Part shown: piece by piece, positions 38,634 to 46,780 of the stretch
How positions within the stretch are numbered: the stretch's first letter is position 1
Layout: every line of letters starts with the position of its first letter
Source: Ramlibacter sp.
Lineage (GTDB): Bacteria > Pseudomonadota > Gammaproteobacteria > Burkholderiales > Burkholderiaceae_C
Reading direction: 5' to 3'
Length of the DNA stretch: 64,000 nt
NCBI RefSeq assembly: GCF_035554825.1
Contig: NZ_DATMHS010000103.1
Coordinates: 8,377-72,376 of the forward strand
Notes under the pieces: generated by a model
Database searches by the model: none
What the model was told of the DNA's origin: nothing
What the model saw: the letters and a program-made list of their open reading frames with translations, nothing else
Program-made: the position numbers and the translations under genes

Positions 38634-39359
38634 TCACGACTTCGCGGCTGCGGCGCCAGCCGGGGCCCGGGCGCCGGTCCACACCAGCATCGCGAGCCCC
38701 ACGAAAGGATAGGCGATGACGTAGCCGAGTCCAACGAACGGCGCGCCGAACAGCCTGAGCATGAAGCCGGCGAAGGCCAGGCCTTCGCGCACCCGCGGCG
38801 ACGCCAGCGCCGCCTTGCCGCCGATCCAGGCCAGCATGCCGAGGCCGACGAACGGCAGCAGCACGGCGTACAGCAAACCGACGAACGGTGCCGACAGGAA
38901 CAGCAGCATGTTGACGAACGTGCCCCGCTGCGGCGGTGCTTCGGCCGGCACGGCCGGGCTTGCCGCGGGCGCGGCGGCCGGCGCGACCGGCGCGGGCTGC
39001 AGCGCCTTGGCCGTGCTCGCCTCGATCATCTCGGGCGAGAGCGGCTTGTGCAGGAACTCGGATACGCCGGCGGCGCGGGCGCGTTCCTCGCTGGTCTGGC
39101 TGCCGTAGCCCGTCACGATGACGACGGGCGTCCACGGCTGCCGTGCCTTCACGCGTTCGGCGACCTCGAGCCCGTTCATGCCGGGCATGCGCAGGTCGGT
39201 GAAGACCACGTCGTAGGTTTCGGCCTGGAGCTTTTGCAGCGCGTCGTAGCCGTCCTCGGCCGTGACGACGATGTAGCCCTTGCCGGACAGAACACGGTTG
39301 AAGCTCTTGCCAACCACCGGGTCGTCATCGACGACCAATACCTTGCGCAGTGCACTCAT
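38634..39359 (-). CDS. Receiver-domain protein fused to a C-terminal membrane module with duplicated PFVGL motifs
   Basis: Internal ATG 39357-39359 (MSALRKVLVVDDDPVVGKSF...), 241 aa. Acceptor Asp in VVFTDLRMPG (D55); LHKPL. After an Ala/Pro linker come two similar hydrophobic units: SAPFVGLLYAVLLPFVGLGMLAWIG and GAPFVGLGYVIAYPFVGLAMLVWTG. Confidence 0.85.
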   Translation of the reverse strand: MSALRKVLVVDDDPVVGKSFNRVLSGKGYIVVTAEDGYDALQKLQAETYDVVFTDLRMPGMNGLEVAERVKARQPWTPVVIVTGYGSQTSEERARAAGVSEFLHKPLSPEMIEASTAKALQPAPVAPAAAPAASPAVPAEAPPQRGTFVNMLLFLSAPFVGLLYAVLLPFVGLGMLAWIGGKAALASPRVREGLAFAGFMLRLFGAPFVGLGYVIAYPFVGLAMLVWTGARAPAGAAAAKS

Positions 39360-39787
39360 GATGGACTCCTTTGAAATTCGGGCTGATGGGGGCCGGCGAC
39401 GCTGTGCAGGGCCCAGCACTTGTGCCGGAGCGCCGCGGTCGATGCTTCGATCACCTGGTCGGGACCGAGCGGCTTGGCGAGATAGTCGTAGGCGCCGAGG
39501 GCGACGGCTTCCTTGGCGGACTCGATGGTGGGATCGCCGGTGACGATGATCACCTCGCTGGCCGGCCACCGCTGCTTGAGCGCGCGCAGCACCGTCATGC
39601 CGTCGACGTCCGGCATGCGCAGGTCGAGCAGCACCACGTCGGCCGGGTCGTCCTGCATCGCCTGGGCGGCCTGGGCCCCGCCCTCGACCGACTTCACCTG
39701 GCAGTGCGCCGAGTCGAGGATCCGCGTGAAGCTGCGGCGCACCACTTCTTCGTCGTCGACGATGAGGATCTTGGCCTTGTGGTTCAT
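39356..39787 (-). CDS. Single-domain (CheY-like) response regulator
   Basis: 143 aa. Motifs: ILIVDDEEVV, VVLLDLRMPDVDG, IIVTG, LAKPL. 4-nt overlap (ATGA) with the next gene. Confidence 0.9.
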   Translation of the reverse strand: MNHKAKILIVDDEEVVRRSFTRILDSAHCQVKSVEGGAQAAQAMQDDPADVVLLDLRMPDVDGMTVLRALKQRWPASEVIIVTGDPTIESAKEAVALGAYDYLAKPLGPDQVIEASTAALRHKCWALHSVAGPHQPEFQRSPS

Positions 39788-39822
39788 GGTGTCCGCCTGG
39801 TCTTCCCTATGGCTGGCTCAAA

Positions 39823-39837
39823 GCATCAGCCGTGCCA
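39823..39837 (-). promoter_or_regulatory. Sigma-54 (-24/-12) promoter of the receiver/cytochrome operon
   Basis: The minus strand reads TGGCACGGCTGATGC(TT), against the consensus TGGCAC-N5-TTGCW (one mismatch). The GC of the -12 element is 36 nt upstream of ATG 39787. Confidence 0.7.
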
Positions 39838-39880
39838 GGCTCGCGCGGCTTCGGGATTTCGCTTGCGTGGCAACGACTTG

Positions 39881-39997
39881 CGCATCGGAGCGCGGGCGCG
39901 GGCCGGGCGCCGCGGCGGGCGCGAAGTACATCCGCGCCATGCAGCCGGCCCGGCCCGCGCGGGGAATCCTTCGGCCAATCAACGACTTGCGTCATCG
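39881..39997. promoter_or_regulatory. Two copies of a direct repeat caacgacttgcg(N0-1)catcg, candidate upstream activator sites
   Basis: An exact 12-mer, caacgacttgcg, occurs at 39881-39892 and 39980-39991, 99 bp apart. The copies lie 44-55 and 143-154 nt upstream of the -24 element. Confidence 0.45.
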
Positions 39998-40089
39998 CCG
40001 CCGGCGCGGCGCGGCCTATACACCGGGCCATGCCGCGGCGGCCTCCTGCCACGCGACGGCGCGGGCGAAGGTTGGCCGACAATGGCGCC

Positions 40090-40854
40090 ATGACGGACGA
40101 CCAGCTGTTGCGGTACTCGCGCCACATCCTGCTCGAGGAAGTGGGCGTCGAAGGGCAGGAGCGCCTGCTGGCGGGCCACGCGCTCGTGATCGGCGCCGGC
40201 GGGCTCGGCTCGCCGGTGGCGCTCTACCTCGGCACCGCCGGTGTCGGGCGGATCACGCTCGTCGACAACGACCTGGTGGACCTGACCAACCTGCAGCGTC
40301 AGATCGCGCACAACCTGGCGCGCGTGGGCCGGCCCAAGACCGAATCGGCGCGCGAGGCCATCGCGGCGATCAATCCGGAGCCGCGGGTCGAGACCGTCAC
40401 GCAACGCGCCGACGACGCGCTGCTGGCGCGGCTGGTGCCGGCGGCGGATGTGGTGATCGACTGCTCCGACAACTTCCATACGCGTCACGCGATCAATGCC
40501 GCCTGTGTGCGGCACGCCAAGCCGCTGGTGTCGGGCGCCGCGATCCGCTTCGACGGGCAGGTCACCGTCTACGACACGCGCGACCCGCAGTCCCCCTGCT
40601 ACGCCTGCCTGTTCGCGCCGGCGGACGAATTCGAGGAAACGCGCTGCGCCACCATGGGCGTCTTCGCGCCATTGGTGGGCATCGTGGGCGCCGTGCAGGC
40701 CGCCGAAGCGCTCAAGCTCCTGAGCGGCGCGGGCACCTCGCTGGCCGGTCGGCTGCAGATGCTCGACGCGCGCCACATGGAGTGGCACGAGGTGCGCGTG
40801 CCGCGCAACATGGAGTGCCCCGTGTGCCGCGGCCGCGGGCTCGCGGCCCGCTAG
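40090..40854 (+). CDS. moeB: Molybdopterin-synthase adenylyltransferase
   Basis: ATG 40090. Product begins MTDDQLLRYSRHILLEEVGVEGQERL. Also has VIGAGGLGSPVALYLGTAGVG, DLTNLQRQ, and the CYACLF...CPVC zinc site. Confidence 0.9.
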   Translation: MTDDQLLRYSRHILLEEVGVEGQERLLAGHALVIGAGGLGSPVALYLGTAGVGRITLVDNDLVDLTNLQRQIAHNLARVGRPKTESAREAIAAINPEPRVETVTQRADDALLARLVPAADVVIDCSDNFHTRHAINAACVRHAKPLVSGAAIRFDGQVTVYDTRDPQSPCYACLFAPADEFEETRCATMGVFAPLVGIVGAVQAAEALKLLSGAGTSLAGRLQMLDARHMEWHEVRVPRNMECPVCRGRGLAAR

Positions 40855-40876
40855 TCGCCAGCCCGGCGCCGCTGCC

Positions 40877-41227
40877 TCAGCGGCGGGCCAAGCGCGTAGG
40901 CGGGCCGGCGTTCACCGGGGGCCCGGCCGGCGCGGCCAGGTCGGCGGACGGCTGCAATGATGCATCGACCTGGCCGACGACGACCGGCAAGGCGGCGCTG
41001 GGGGCCGCAGCGCGGCGGTCCTCGTCCAGTGGCGGAACGAGACAGTAGATGCCTGCCGCCGACGCGGTGATGGCGAAGGCCAGCACCTCGAGCAAGGGAC
41101 TGCGCGGGCCGTCCTGGGCATGGCTGCCCGGGGGCGGTGGCGGACGCAGGCGCGCGGCCGCCCAGGCACGCGGGCGCTCGCTGGCGCGCAGTGCGTTTCT
41201 CGGGCCGGGGTTCCTGTGAGAACGCAT
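40877..41227 (-). CDS. Hypothetical Pro/Ala-rich single-pass membrane protein
   Basis: ATG 41225-41227 is preceded by AAGGGAGGTCAC, a strong SD. 116 aa with one hydrophobic helix (LLEVLAFAITASAAGIYCLVPPL). No family recognised. Two other frames also stay open here, which is common at this GC content. Confidence 0.4.
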   Translation of the reverse strand: MRSHRNPGPRNALRASERPRAWAAARLRPPPPPGSHAQDGPRSPLLEVLAFAITASAAGIYCLVPPLDEDRRAAAPSAALPVVVGQVDASLQPSADLAAPAGPPVNAGPPTRLARR

Positions 41228-41420
41228 GTGACCTCCCTTGCCGGCATGCGCCGCGTGGGGCAGATGGCTCTGCGCGCGCACACGGATGCCTGAACAAATT
41301 ACAGACGCTGTGCCAAGCGCCCGCATGGGAGGAACGTCCTTGTCAAGGCCCGGTCAACGTAACAATCGCAAAGATTAGCCACAATCAGTCGCAGCCGCTG
41401 GGCCCCACGGTCGAGGTGTC

Positions 41421-42839
41421 TCAGCGGGCGCCGCGCGCATCCGGCGGCACCCGGGGCGGCCGCGGAATCGGCTGCGTCTGCTCGTAGGCCCGGGCCGCGC
41501 GCAACACCAGTGCATCGCCGAACATCGGTCCGACCAGCTGCAGGCCTATCGGCAAGCCGGCGCTGGTGAGGCCGCATGGGATGGTGCACGCGGGCTGCTG
41601 CGTCAGGTTGAAGGGGTAGCTGAAGGGCGTCCATCCCAGCATCGCCTGGGGATTCATCACGCTGTGCCCGGCCGGCCTGGCGTCGAATGCCGGCACCGTG
41701 ACAGCCGGCGTCACCAGCAGGTCGTGGTGCATCATGAACTGGCGCATGCGGGAGCCGAGTTCGCCGCGGCGCAGGTTGAGCTGCTGCACCTGGAGTGCGC
41801 TGTAGCCGGCGCCCAGTTCGGCCTCGGCCCGGAAGTCCGGGTCGGTCACGGCCTGCTGCTCCCGGGTCAGCCCGCTCCACACCGTCCAGGCGCCGACGAA
41901 CCACAGCCCGGTGGTGATCTCGAGCGGATCGTCGAAACCCGGATCGATCTGCTCCACGTGGGCACCCATGGAGGCCAGCCGGTCCACGGCGCGGCGCACC
42001 GCGCGGGCGACCTCGGCGTCGACCTTGGCATAGCCGAGCGTGGGCGAGAAGGCGATGCGCAGGCCCCGGATGCCGTCCTCCAGGCCGGCGCAGTAGTCGC
42101 TCTCGTCGGCGGGCAAGGCGGTCCAGTCGCGCGCGTCGGGCCGCTTCATCACGTTCATCGCGAGCGCGGCGTCCGCGACGCTCATCGTGTGCGGCCCCAG
42201 GTGCGCCACCGTGCCGAATGGCGACAGCGGATAGGCCGGCACCCGGCCGAAGCTCGGCTTCAGGCCGAAGTTGCCGCAGAAGGCGGCGGGAATGCGGACG
42301 CTGCCGGCGCCGTCGGTGCCGATGGCGATGGGGCACAGCCCGGCGGCGACCGCGGCCGCGGTGCCGCCCGACGAGCCGCCCGCGGTCTTGGCCAGGTCCC
42401 ACGGATTGCGGGTGATGCCCGTCAGCGGCGAGTTGGTCTCGCCCTTGCAGCCGAACTCCGGCGTGGTGGTCTTGCCCAGCAGCACGGCGCCGGCTTCGCG
42501 CAGTCGGGCCGTCACCGGCGCGTCGATCTCCCACGGCTGGCCGGGATCGATGCTGCGCGAGCCGCGCAGGGTGGGCATGCCGCGGGTGAGGATCAGGTCC
42601 TTGATCGCGACCGGCACGCCGTCCAGCGGCCCGCAGGGCGCGCCGCGCGACCAGCGCTGCTCGCTCGCGCGCGCGCTGGCCAGCGCCGGCGCCTCGTCGA
42701 TCCAGCAGAACGCCTTGAGCAGCGGATCGAGCTCGCGAATGCGGGCGAAAAACGCCCGCGTGGTCTCGACCGGCGAGGCGCGTTGGGTACGGTACAGATG
42801 CAGCAGCTCGGTCGCCGAGCACCGCGTGAGATCGGACAT
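41421..42839 (-). CDS. Amidase-signature (GatA-like) family amidase
   Basis: Internal ATG 42837-42839 (MSDLTRCSATELLHLY...). Motifs: GVPVAIKD, GGSSGGTAAAVAAG, IGTDGAGSVRIPAAFCG. Confidence 0.88.
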   Translation of the reverse strand: MSDLTRCSATELLHLYRTQRASPVETTRAFFARIRELDPLLKAFCWIDEAPALASARASEQRWSRGAPCGPLDGVPVAIKDLILTRGMPTLRGSRSIDPGQPWEIDAPVTARLREAGAVLLGKTTTPEFGCKGETNSPLTGITRNPWDLAKTAGGSSGGTAAAVAAGLCPIAIGTDGAGSVRIPAAFCGNFGLKPSFGRVPAYPLSPFGTVAHLGPHTMSVADAALAMNVMKRPDARDWTALPADESDYCAGLEDGIRGLRIAFSPTLGYAKVDAEVARAVRRAVDRLASMGAHVEQIDPGFDDPLEITTGLWFVGAWTVWSGLTREQQAVTDPDFRAEAELGAGYSALQVQQLNLRRGELGSRMRQFMMHHDLLVTPAVTVPAFDARPAGHSVMNPQAMLGWTPFSYPFNLTQQPACTIPCGLTSAGLPIGLQLVGPMFGDALVLRAARAYEQTQPIPRPPRVPPDARGAR

Positions 42840-42918
42840 GACGGTCTCTCCCTGGAGCCGCCCATGATGCGCGCGCGCTGCGCCGCGCGTCGCTGGTGTT
42901 AGCCCTAGGCGCCGGGGG

Positions 42919-45216
42919 CTAGGGCCCGTACGTGGTGCCGGGCGCGCCCGGCGCATGCGGGCGCTGGGCCTGGTCGGACGGCGCGCCCCCCGCGGGCGAC
43001 GGCGCCTTGGCCGCGGGCCCATCCGTGGGGGCAGCGTGCTCGTCCTTGCCGTTGGGCGCCGGCTGCGAATTCCTGGCGCCGCCCAGGATGCGGCCGAGCA
43101 GGCCCGGCTTCTTCGATGGATCCTTCGCCTCCGGCGGCTGCGCCATCACGGCGATGCGAGCGGCCTGGTACGCGGAGGCGGCCTCCCGCAAGGCGGGTCC
43201 GCAATTCGCGTCCTTGCCCGGCCCGGTTTCGACCGTGGCAGCCAATGCCAGCAGCGGATTGACCGCCCCCAGCGCCAGCGCCAGGCCACCGCGCGCCGCC
43301 AGCGCGCCCTTGTCCGGGCCGGCCTTCGGCTGGCCGAAGGTGCCGGCGATCTTCAGCGGCGAGCGCAGGCTGAGGATGCTCATGTCCTTCGGATAGGGCC
43401 GCAAGGTGATGTCCATGGCCTCGTTGGCCAGGCTCACCTGGCCGTTGCCGTAGATCACGGTGTCGCTGGTGTCCAGCACCAGGGCCCGGGTGGTCATCAG
43501 GCCCTTGTCGACGTCGAACGCGGCCGCCGCGCAACGCAGCTCCACGTTCTTGTCGCCTTCCACGAAGAACTTGATGATCTCGCCGCCGTCGATGCCGGCG
43601 ACCTCCATCAGCAGGTTGCTGATCTCGCCGCGTCCCATCAGCAGCGCGACGGCGCCCGAGGAACTGGCCAGCATGTGCGCCACCGAGTTGCCCCGGCCCT
43701 TGAGGTCGATGTCGCCGTGAATCTTGCCGAAGCTGGCCTTGGTCAGCTTCGCCGTCGGGAACAGCCGGTTCAGCTCGAGCGAGCGCGCGTCGAGATGGAC
43801 CTCGGCCACCGCGGGGTTGGCGCCGCCGTCGATGCGGATGCGACCGGCCAGGCTGCCGCCGGCGACGCCGACGTCCATGGGATCGAGGTTCAGCACGCCG
43901 TCCTTGAGGCGCACGTGCACCGTCATGCGATCCAGCGGCAACTGCTTCACGTGCGAGATCCTGGCGGCGCGATAGGTCACGTCGCTGTTCATCTTGCGCA
44001 GCCGCTCGACGTCCAGCAGCGCCGTCGGCAGCACCTTGCGGCCGCCGTCCTGCGCCGGCGACGCCGCCCGCAGCGGCTTGGAGCGGTCGCCCTTGACCTG
44101 CGGCAGCGCGGCGGCGCTGCGCGGCTGCTCGTCCAGGCCCACCAGCGGCGCGAGGTCGTCGAAGTCGAGCGCTTTCGATTCGAGCTTGCCGGTGAGCAGC
44201 GGCACCTCGCGGGCGCGGTCGAAGGCGAGTTCGCCATGCAGGTCCGAGTTGCCGAGCTTGCCGTTGATGCCGGCGATGCGCCACACCTCGCCTTGCTTGG
44301 CCAGTTGCCCTTGCAGCGAGTAGCGCGGCGTCGCGGGCAGCACCAGGCCGACCAGCTTGTACAGCTCCTGCAGGTCGCGGCCCTGGATGCTGAAGCTGGC
44401 GTTGGCGCCATCCAGGGTCGCCAGGCTCGCGACCGAGCCCTTCGCGCGCAGCGTCGTGTTGGCGGCCGTCGCTTCGATCTCAGCCGGGAACGGGCGCTGC
44501 AGCGGGCCGCGCAGGTACAGCACGTTGCCGGTGCGGCCCTTGGCCGCGAAGCTTTCCTTCTGCCAGGTGCCCTTGGCCGTGAAGCTCAATGGCAGGGCGC
44601 CACCCTCGGTGCCCGGCGCCGGGGCGCCGCCGTTGGCCTGGTCCTTGCCGGCCGCCGGTGCGGTGAAGCGCAACGGACCGTCGATCGCGAACCGGGTGTG
44701 GATATCGGCACCGTGGGCCGGCGCGACGAAATGCACCGTTCCCTCGTCCACCACCAGGGCCCCGATGTCGGGCAGGTTGGCGGGGTCCTTGGTGTCGCGC
44801 CCCATCGACCAGCTGCGGCGGCCGTCGGGCTCGATCTGCAAGCCCAGCTGCGGCCTGGTGAACCGGATCAGCGGCAGCACGATCCGGCGCTTGAGCAGCG
44901 GCAGCAGTTCGACGTCGATCTCCGCGCCGTCGGCCTTGACCAGCAGCGGGTCACGCGCCCATTCGGGATTCGCAAATTCGATGCCGTCGGCCACGATCCG
45001 CGTCGTGCGCCCGAGCTTCACGTCCAGCCGGCGGGTGATCTCGAAGTGGCGCCCGGTCCGCTCGCTCACGTAGCGATTCAGGGGGCCGCGCAGCACGTCC
45101 CAGGGAAAGAAGGCGATCAGCAGCGCGAGCGCCGCCAGCAGCACGGCGATGCCCAGGACGATCTTGAGCCACAGCGGGTGGCCGAGCGATGGTTCATGGG
45201 TCGCGGCGCCGTCCAT
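42919..45216 (-). CDS. asmA: AsmA-family outer-membrane biogenesis protein
   Basis: 765 aa. N-terminal anchor LWLKIVLGIAVLLAALALLIAFFPWD, then a long beta-rich periplasmic region, then a C-terminal AsmA_2-like segment (DLKGRGNSVAHMLASSSG..). Confidence 0.8.
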   Translation of the reverse strand: MDGAATHEPSLGHPLWLKIVLGIAVLLAALALLIAFFPWDVLRGPLNRYVSERTGRHFEITRRLDVKLGRTTRIVADGIEFANPEWARDPLLVKADGAEIDVELLPLLKRRIVLPLIRFTRPQLGLQIEPDGRRSWSMGRDTKDPANLPDIGALVVDEGTVHFVAPAHGADIHTRFAIDGPLRFTAPAAGKDQANGGAPAPGTEGGALPLSFTAKGTWQKESFAAKGRTGNVLYLRGPLQRPFPAEIEATAANTTLRAKGSVASLATLDGANASFSIQGRDLQELYKLVGLVLPATPRYSLQGQLAKQGEVWRIAGINGKLGNSDLHGELAFDRAREVPLLTGKLESKALDFDDLAPLVGLDEQPRSAAALPQVKGDRSKPLRAASPAQDGGRKVLPTALLDVERLRKMNSDVTYRAARISHVKQLPLDRMTVHVRLKDGVLNLDPMDVGVAGGSLAGRIRIDGGANPAVAEVHLDARSLELNRLFPTAKLTKASFGKIHGDIDLKGRGNSVAHMLASSSGAVALLMGRGEISNLLMEVAGIDGGEIIKFFVEGDKNVELRCAAAAFDVDKGLMTTRALVLDTSDTVIYGNGQVSLANEAMDITLRPYPKDMSILSLRSPLKIAGTFGQPKAGPDKGALAARGGLALALGAVNPLLALAATVETGPGKDANCGPALREAASAYQAARIAVMAQPPEAKDPSKKPGLLGRILGGARNSQPAPNGKDEHAAPTDGPAAKAPSPAGGAPSDQAQRPHAPGAPGTTYGP

Positions 45217-45225
45217 GCGATGCGG

Positions 45226-45402
45226 TCAGCGCGCGGCGTGGGCCGGCGCGCTCGGTTCGTGCCACGAGCGGTGCACCACCAGCACCTGGCGCTCGCCCGC
45301 GGACGGCTGTTGTGGCGCCGGCTGCGGCTCGCCCAGCGCCAGCAGGGCTGCTGCCATCAGCGTGCCGAAGAAGATCATGGCGGATTGAAGCAGCAGTCTC
45401 AT
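45226..45402 (-). CDS. Small putative secreted protein upstream of asmA
   Basis: Internal ATG 45400-45402. 58-aa product MRLLLQSAMIFFGTLMAAALLALGEPQPAPQQPSAGERQVLVVHRSWHEP.... Its stop is 10 nt before the asmA start. No family recognised. Confidence 0.35.
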   Translation of the reverse strand: MRLLLQSAMIFFGTLMAAALLALGEPQPAPQQPSAGERQVLVVHRSWHEPSAPAHAAR

Positions 45403-45500
45403 GGCGTGGTTCCTGTGGCAGTCCAGTGTGCGCAAGCCACGCGCCGTGCCTGGTCGGTTGGTCACGGCTCCTCCTGTCAGCCCGGACCTACGCCGGGACT

Positions 45501-45516
45501 GTAGGATTCATCCTAC
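45501..45516. promoter_or_regulatory. Perfect 16-bp palindrome GTAGGATTCATCCTAC (candidate operator)
   Basis: Lies in the divergent intergenic region between the small ORF/asmA and the orphan receiver gene. A further CCTAC half-site is at 45487-45491. Confidence 0.4.
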
Positions 45517-45638
45517 CGGGCCCTGTACGCTGCACTGGCAGAATGCAAGAGTGGGGGCCCCAGGAGCGACCTCCGGTCTTGCGCTCGCGACAACGACATC
45601 AACACCGTGAAGCCCTTCCAGCCCTGATCCGACCAGCT

Positions 45639-46028
45639 GTGGAATTGCGCACCTACATCGTCGAAGACAATGCCACGATCCGCGAGAACCTGATCGGTGC
45701 GCTGGAAGAACTCGCATCCATCAAGCCGCTCGGGTGGGCGGAGACGGAGGGCCAGGCCACCGACTGGCTGGGTCAGCACCGCGGCGGCTGGGACCTCGCC
45801 ATCGTCGACCTGTTTCTCAAGCAGGGCAGCGGACTGGGCGTCCTGGAAGCGTGCCGCGGACGCGACGCCGGGCAGCGGGTGGTGGTCCTGAGCAACTACG
45901 CCACCACCGACATGCGCAAGCGCTGCATGCAGCTGGGCGCCGATGCCGTCTTCGACAAGTCGAACGAGATCGACGCCCTGGTCGAGTACTGCATCCTGCA
46001 GACCGAAGGATCGCGGCCGGATGCCTGA
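45639..46028 (+). CDS. Single-domain response regulator (orphan receiver)
   Basis: In-frame GTG 45639 (VELRTYIVEDNATIRENL..). Acceptor Asp in DLAIVDLFLKQGSG; FDKS. The start codon is uncertain (TTG 45645 is an alternative). Confidence 0.75.
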   Translation: MELRTYIVEDNATIRENLIGALEELASIKPLGWAETEGQATDWLGQHRGGWDLAIVDLFLKQGSGLGVLEACRGRDAGQRVVVLSNYATTDMRKRCMQLGADAVFDKSNEIDALVEYCILQTEGSRPDA

Positions 46029-46035
46029 ATTCGGC

Positions 46036-46668
46036 TCAGTCGATCAGTTTGTTCTTGAGCGCGTAGTAGGTGAGATCGCTGTTCGAAGCGAGGCTCATTT
46101 TTTCCATCAGGCGCGTGCGGTACGTGCTGACGGTCTTGACGCTCAGGGAGAGGGCCTTGGCGATGTCGCCGGCGGTCTCGCCCTTGGCGAGCTTGAGGAA
46201 CACTTGGAATTCACGTTCGGACAGCTGCTCGTGGGGCGCCCCGCCTTCCTTGCGATTGAGCTGCTGCGCAAGCAGTTCGGCGACGGCCGGCGAGATGTAG
46301 CGCCGGCCCAGGGCGATGGTGCGGATCGCGTTGACGATCTCCATCGGCTCGCATTCCTTGTTGAGGTAGCCGCTCGCGCCCTGGCGAATCAGGTTCATCG
46401 CGTAGTGTTCCTCGGGATAGCCCGACAGGATCAGGATGCCGACGTCCGGCGCCTTGGCGCGGATCATGCCCAGCGCGTCGATGCCGCTTTGTCCGGGCAT
46501 CGACAGGTCCATCACCAGGACATCGAGTTCCGTGGTGCGCACCAGATCGATCGCTTCGCGGCCGCTCGCGGCCTCGCCCACCACCCGCAGGTCGACCTGT
46601 TCGGAGAAGAACTGTTTCAGCCCCGAACGGACGATGGCGTGGTCATCGACAATGCCGACTTTGATCAT
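46036..46668 (-). CDS. NarL/FixJ (LuxR)-family response regulator
   Basis: 210 aa. Receiver: VGIVDDH, VLVMDLSMPG. LuxR HTH: LSEREFQVFLKLAKGETAGDIAKALSLSVKTVSTYRTRLMEKM. Confidence 0.92.
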   Translation of the reverse strand: MIKVGIVDDHAIVRSGLKQFFSEQVDLRVVGEAASGREAIDLVRTTELDVLVMDLSMPGQSGIDALGMIRAKAPDVGILILSGYPEEHYAMNLIRQGASGYLNKECEPMEIVNAIRTIALGRRYISPAVAELLAQQLNRKEGGAPHEQLSEREFQVFLKLAKGETAGDIAKALSLSVKTVSTYRTRLMEKMSLASNSDLTYYALKNKLID

Positions 46669-46780
46669 GTGTGTCCTCTTTCGCGTCTAGTTTGGAGCAT
46701 TGTGCCCAACTTTCAACTCAAAAGACCTACCCTTCGGTCATGATTATTCTGGATTTTAGGCACAACGAGCGGAGGCCCGC

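Noticed and set aside
41301-41315. TGGCACagcgtCTGT on the minus strand, upstream of the hypothetical 116-aa ORF.
   Set aside because: The -24 half is good, but the -12 half has GT instead of the invariant GC. I do not call it a sigma-54 promoter.
40851-41326. Three mutually overlapping minus-strand ORFs (148, 149 and 123 aa) in the moeB-amidase gap.
   Set aside because: At most one can be real. I kept only the internal start with a strong SD (40877..41227), at low confidence, and rejected the other two frames as GC artefacts.
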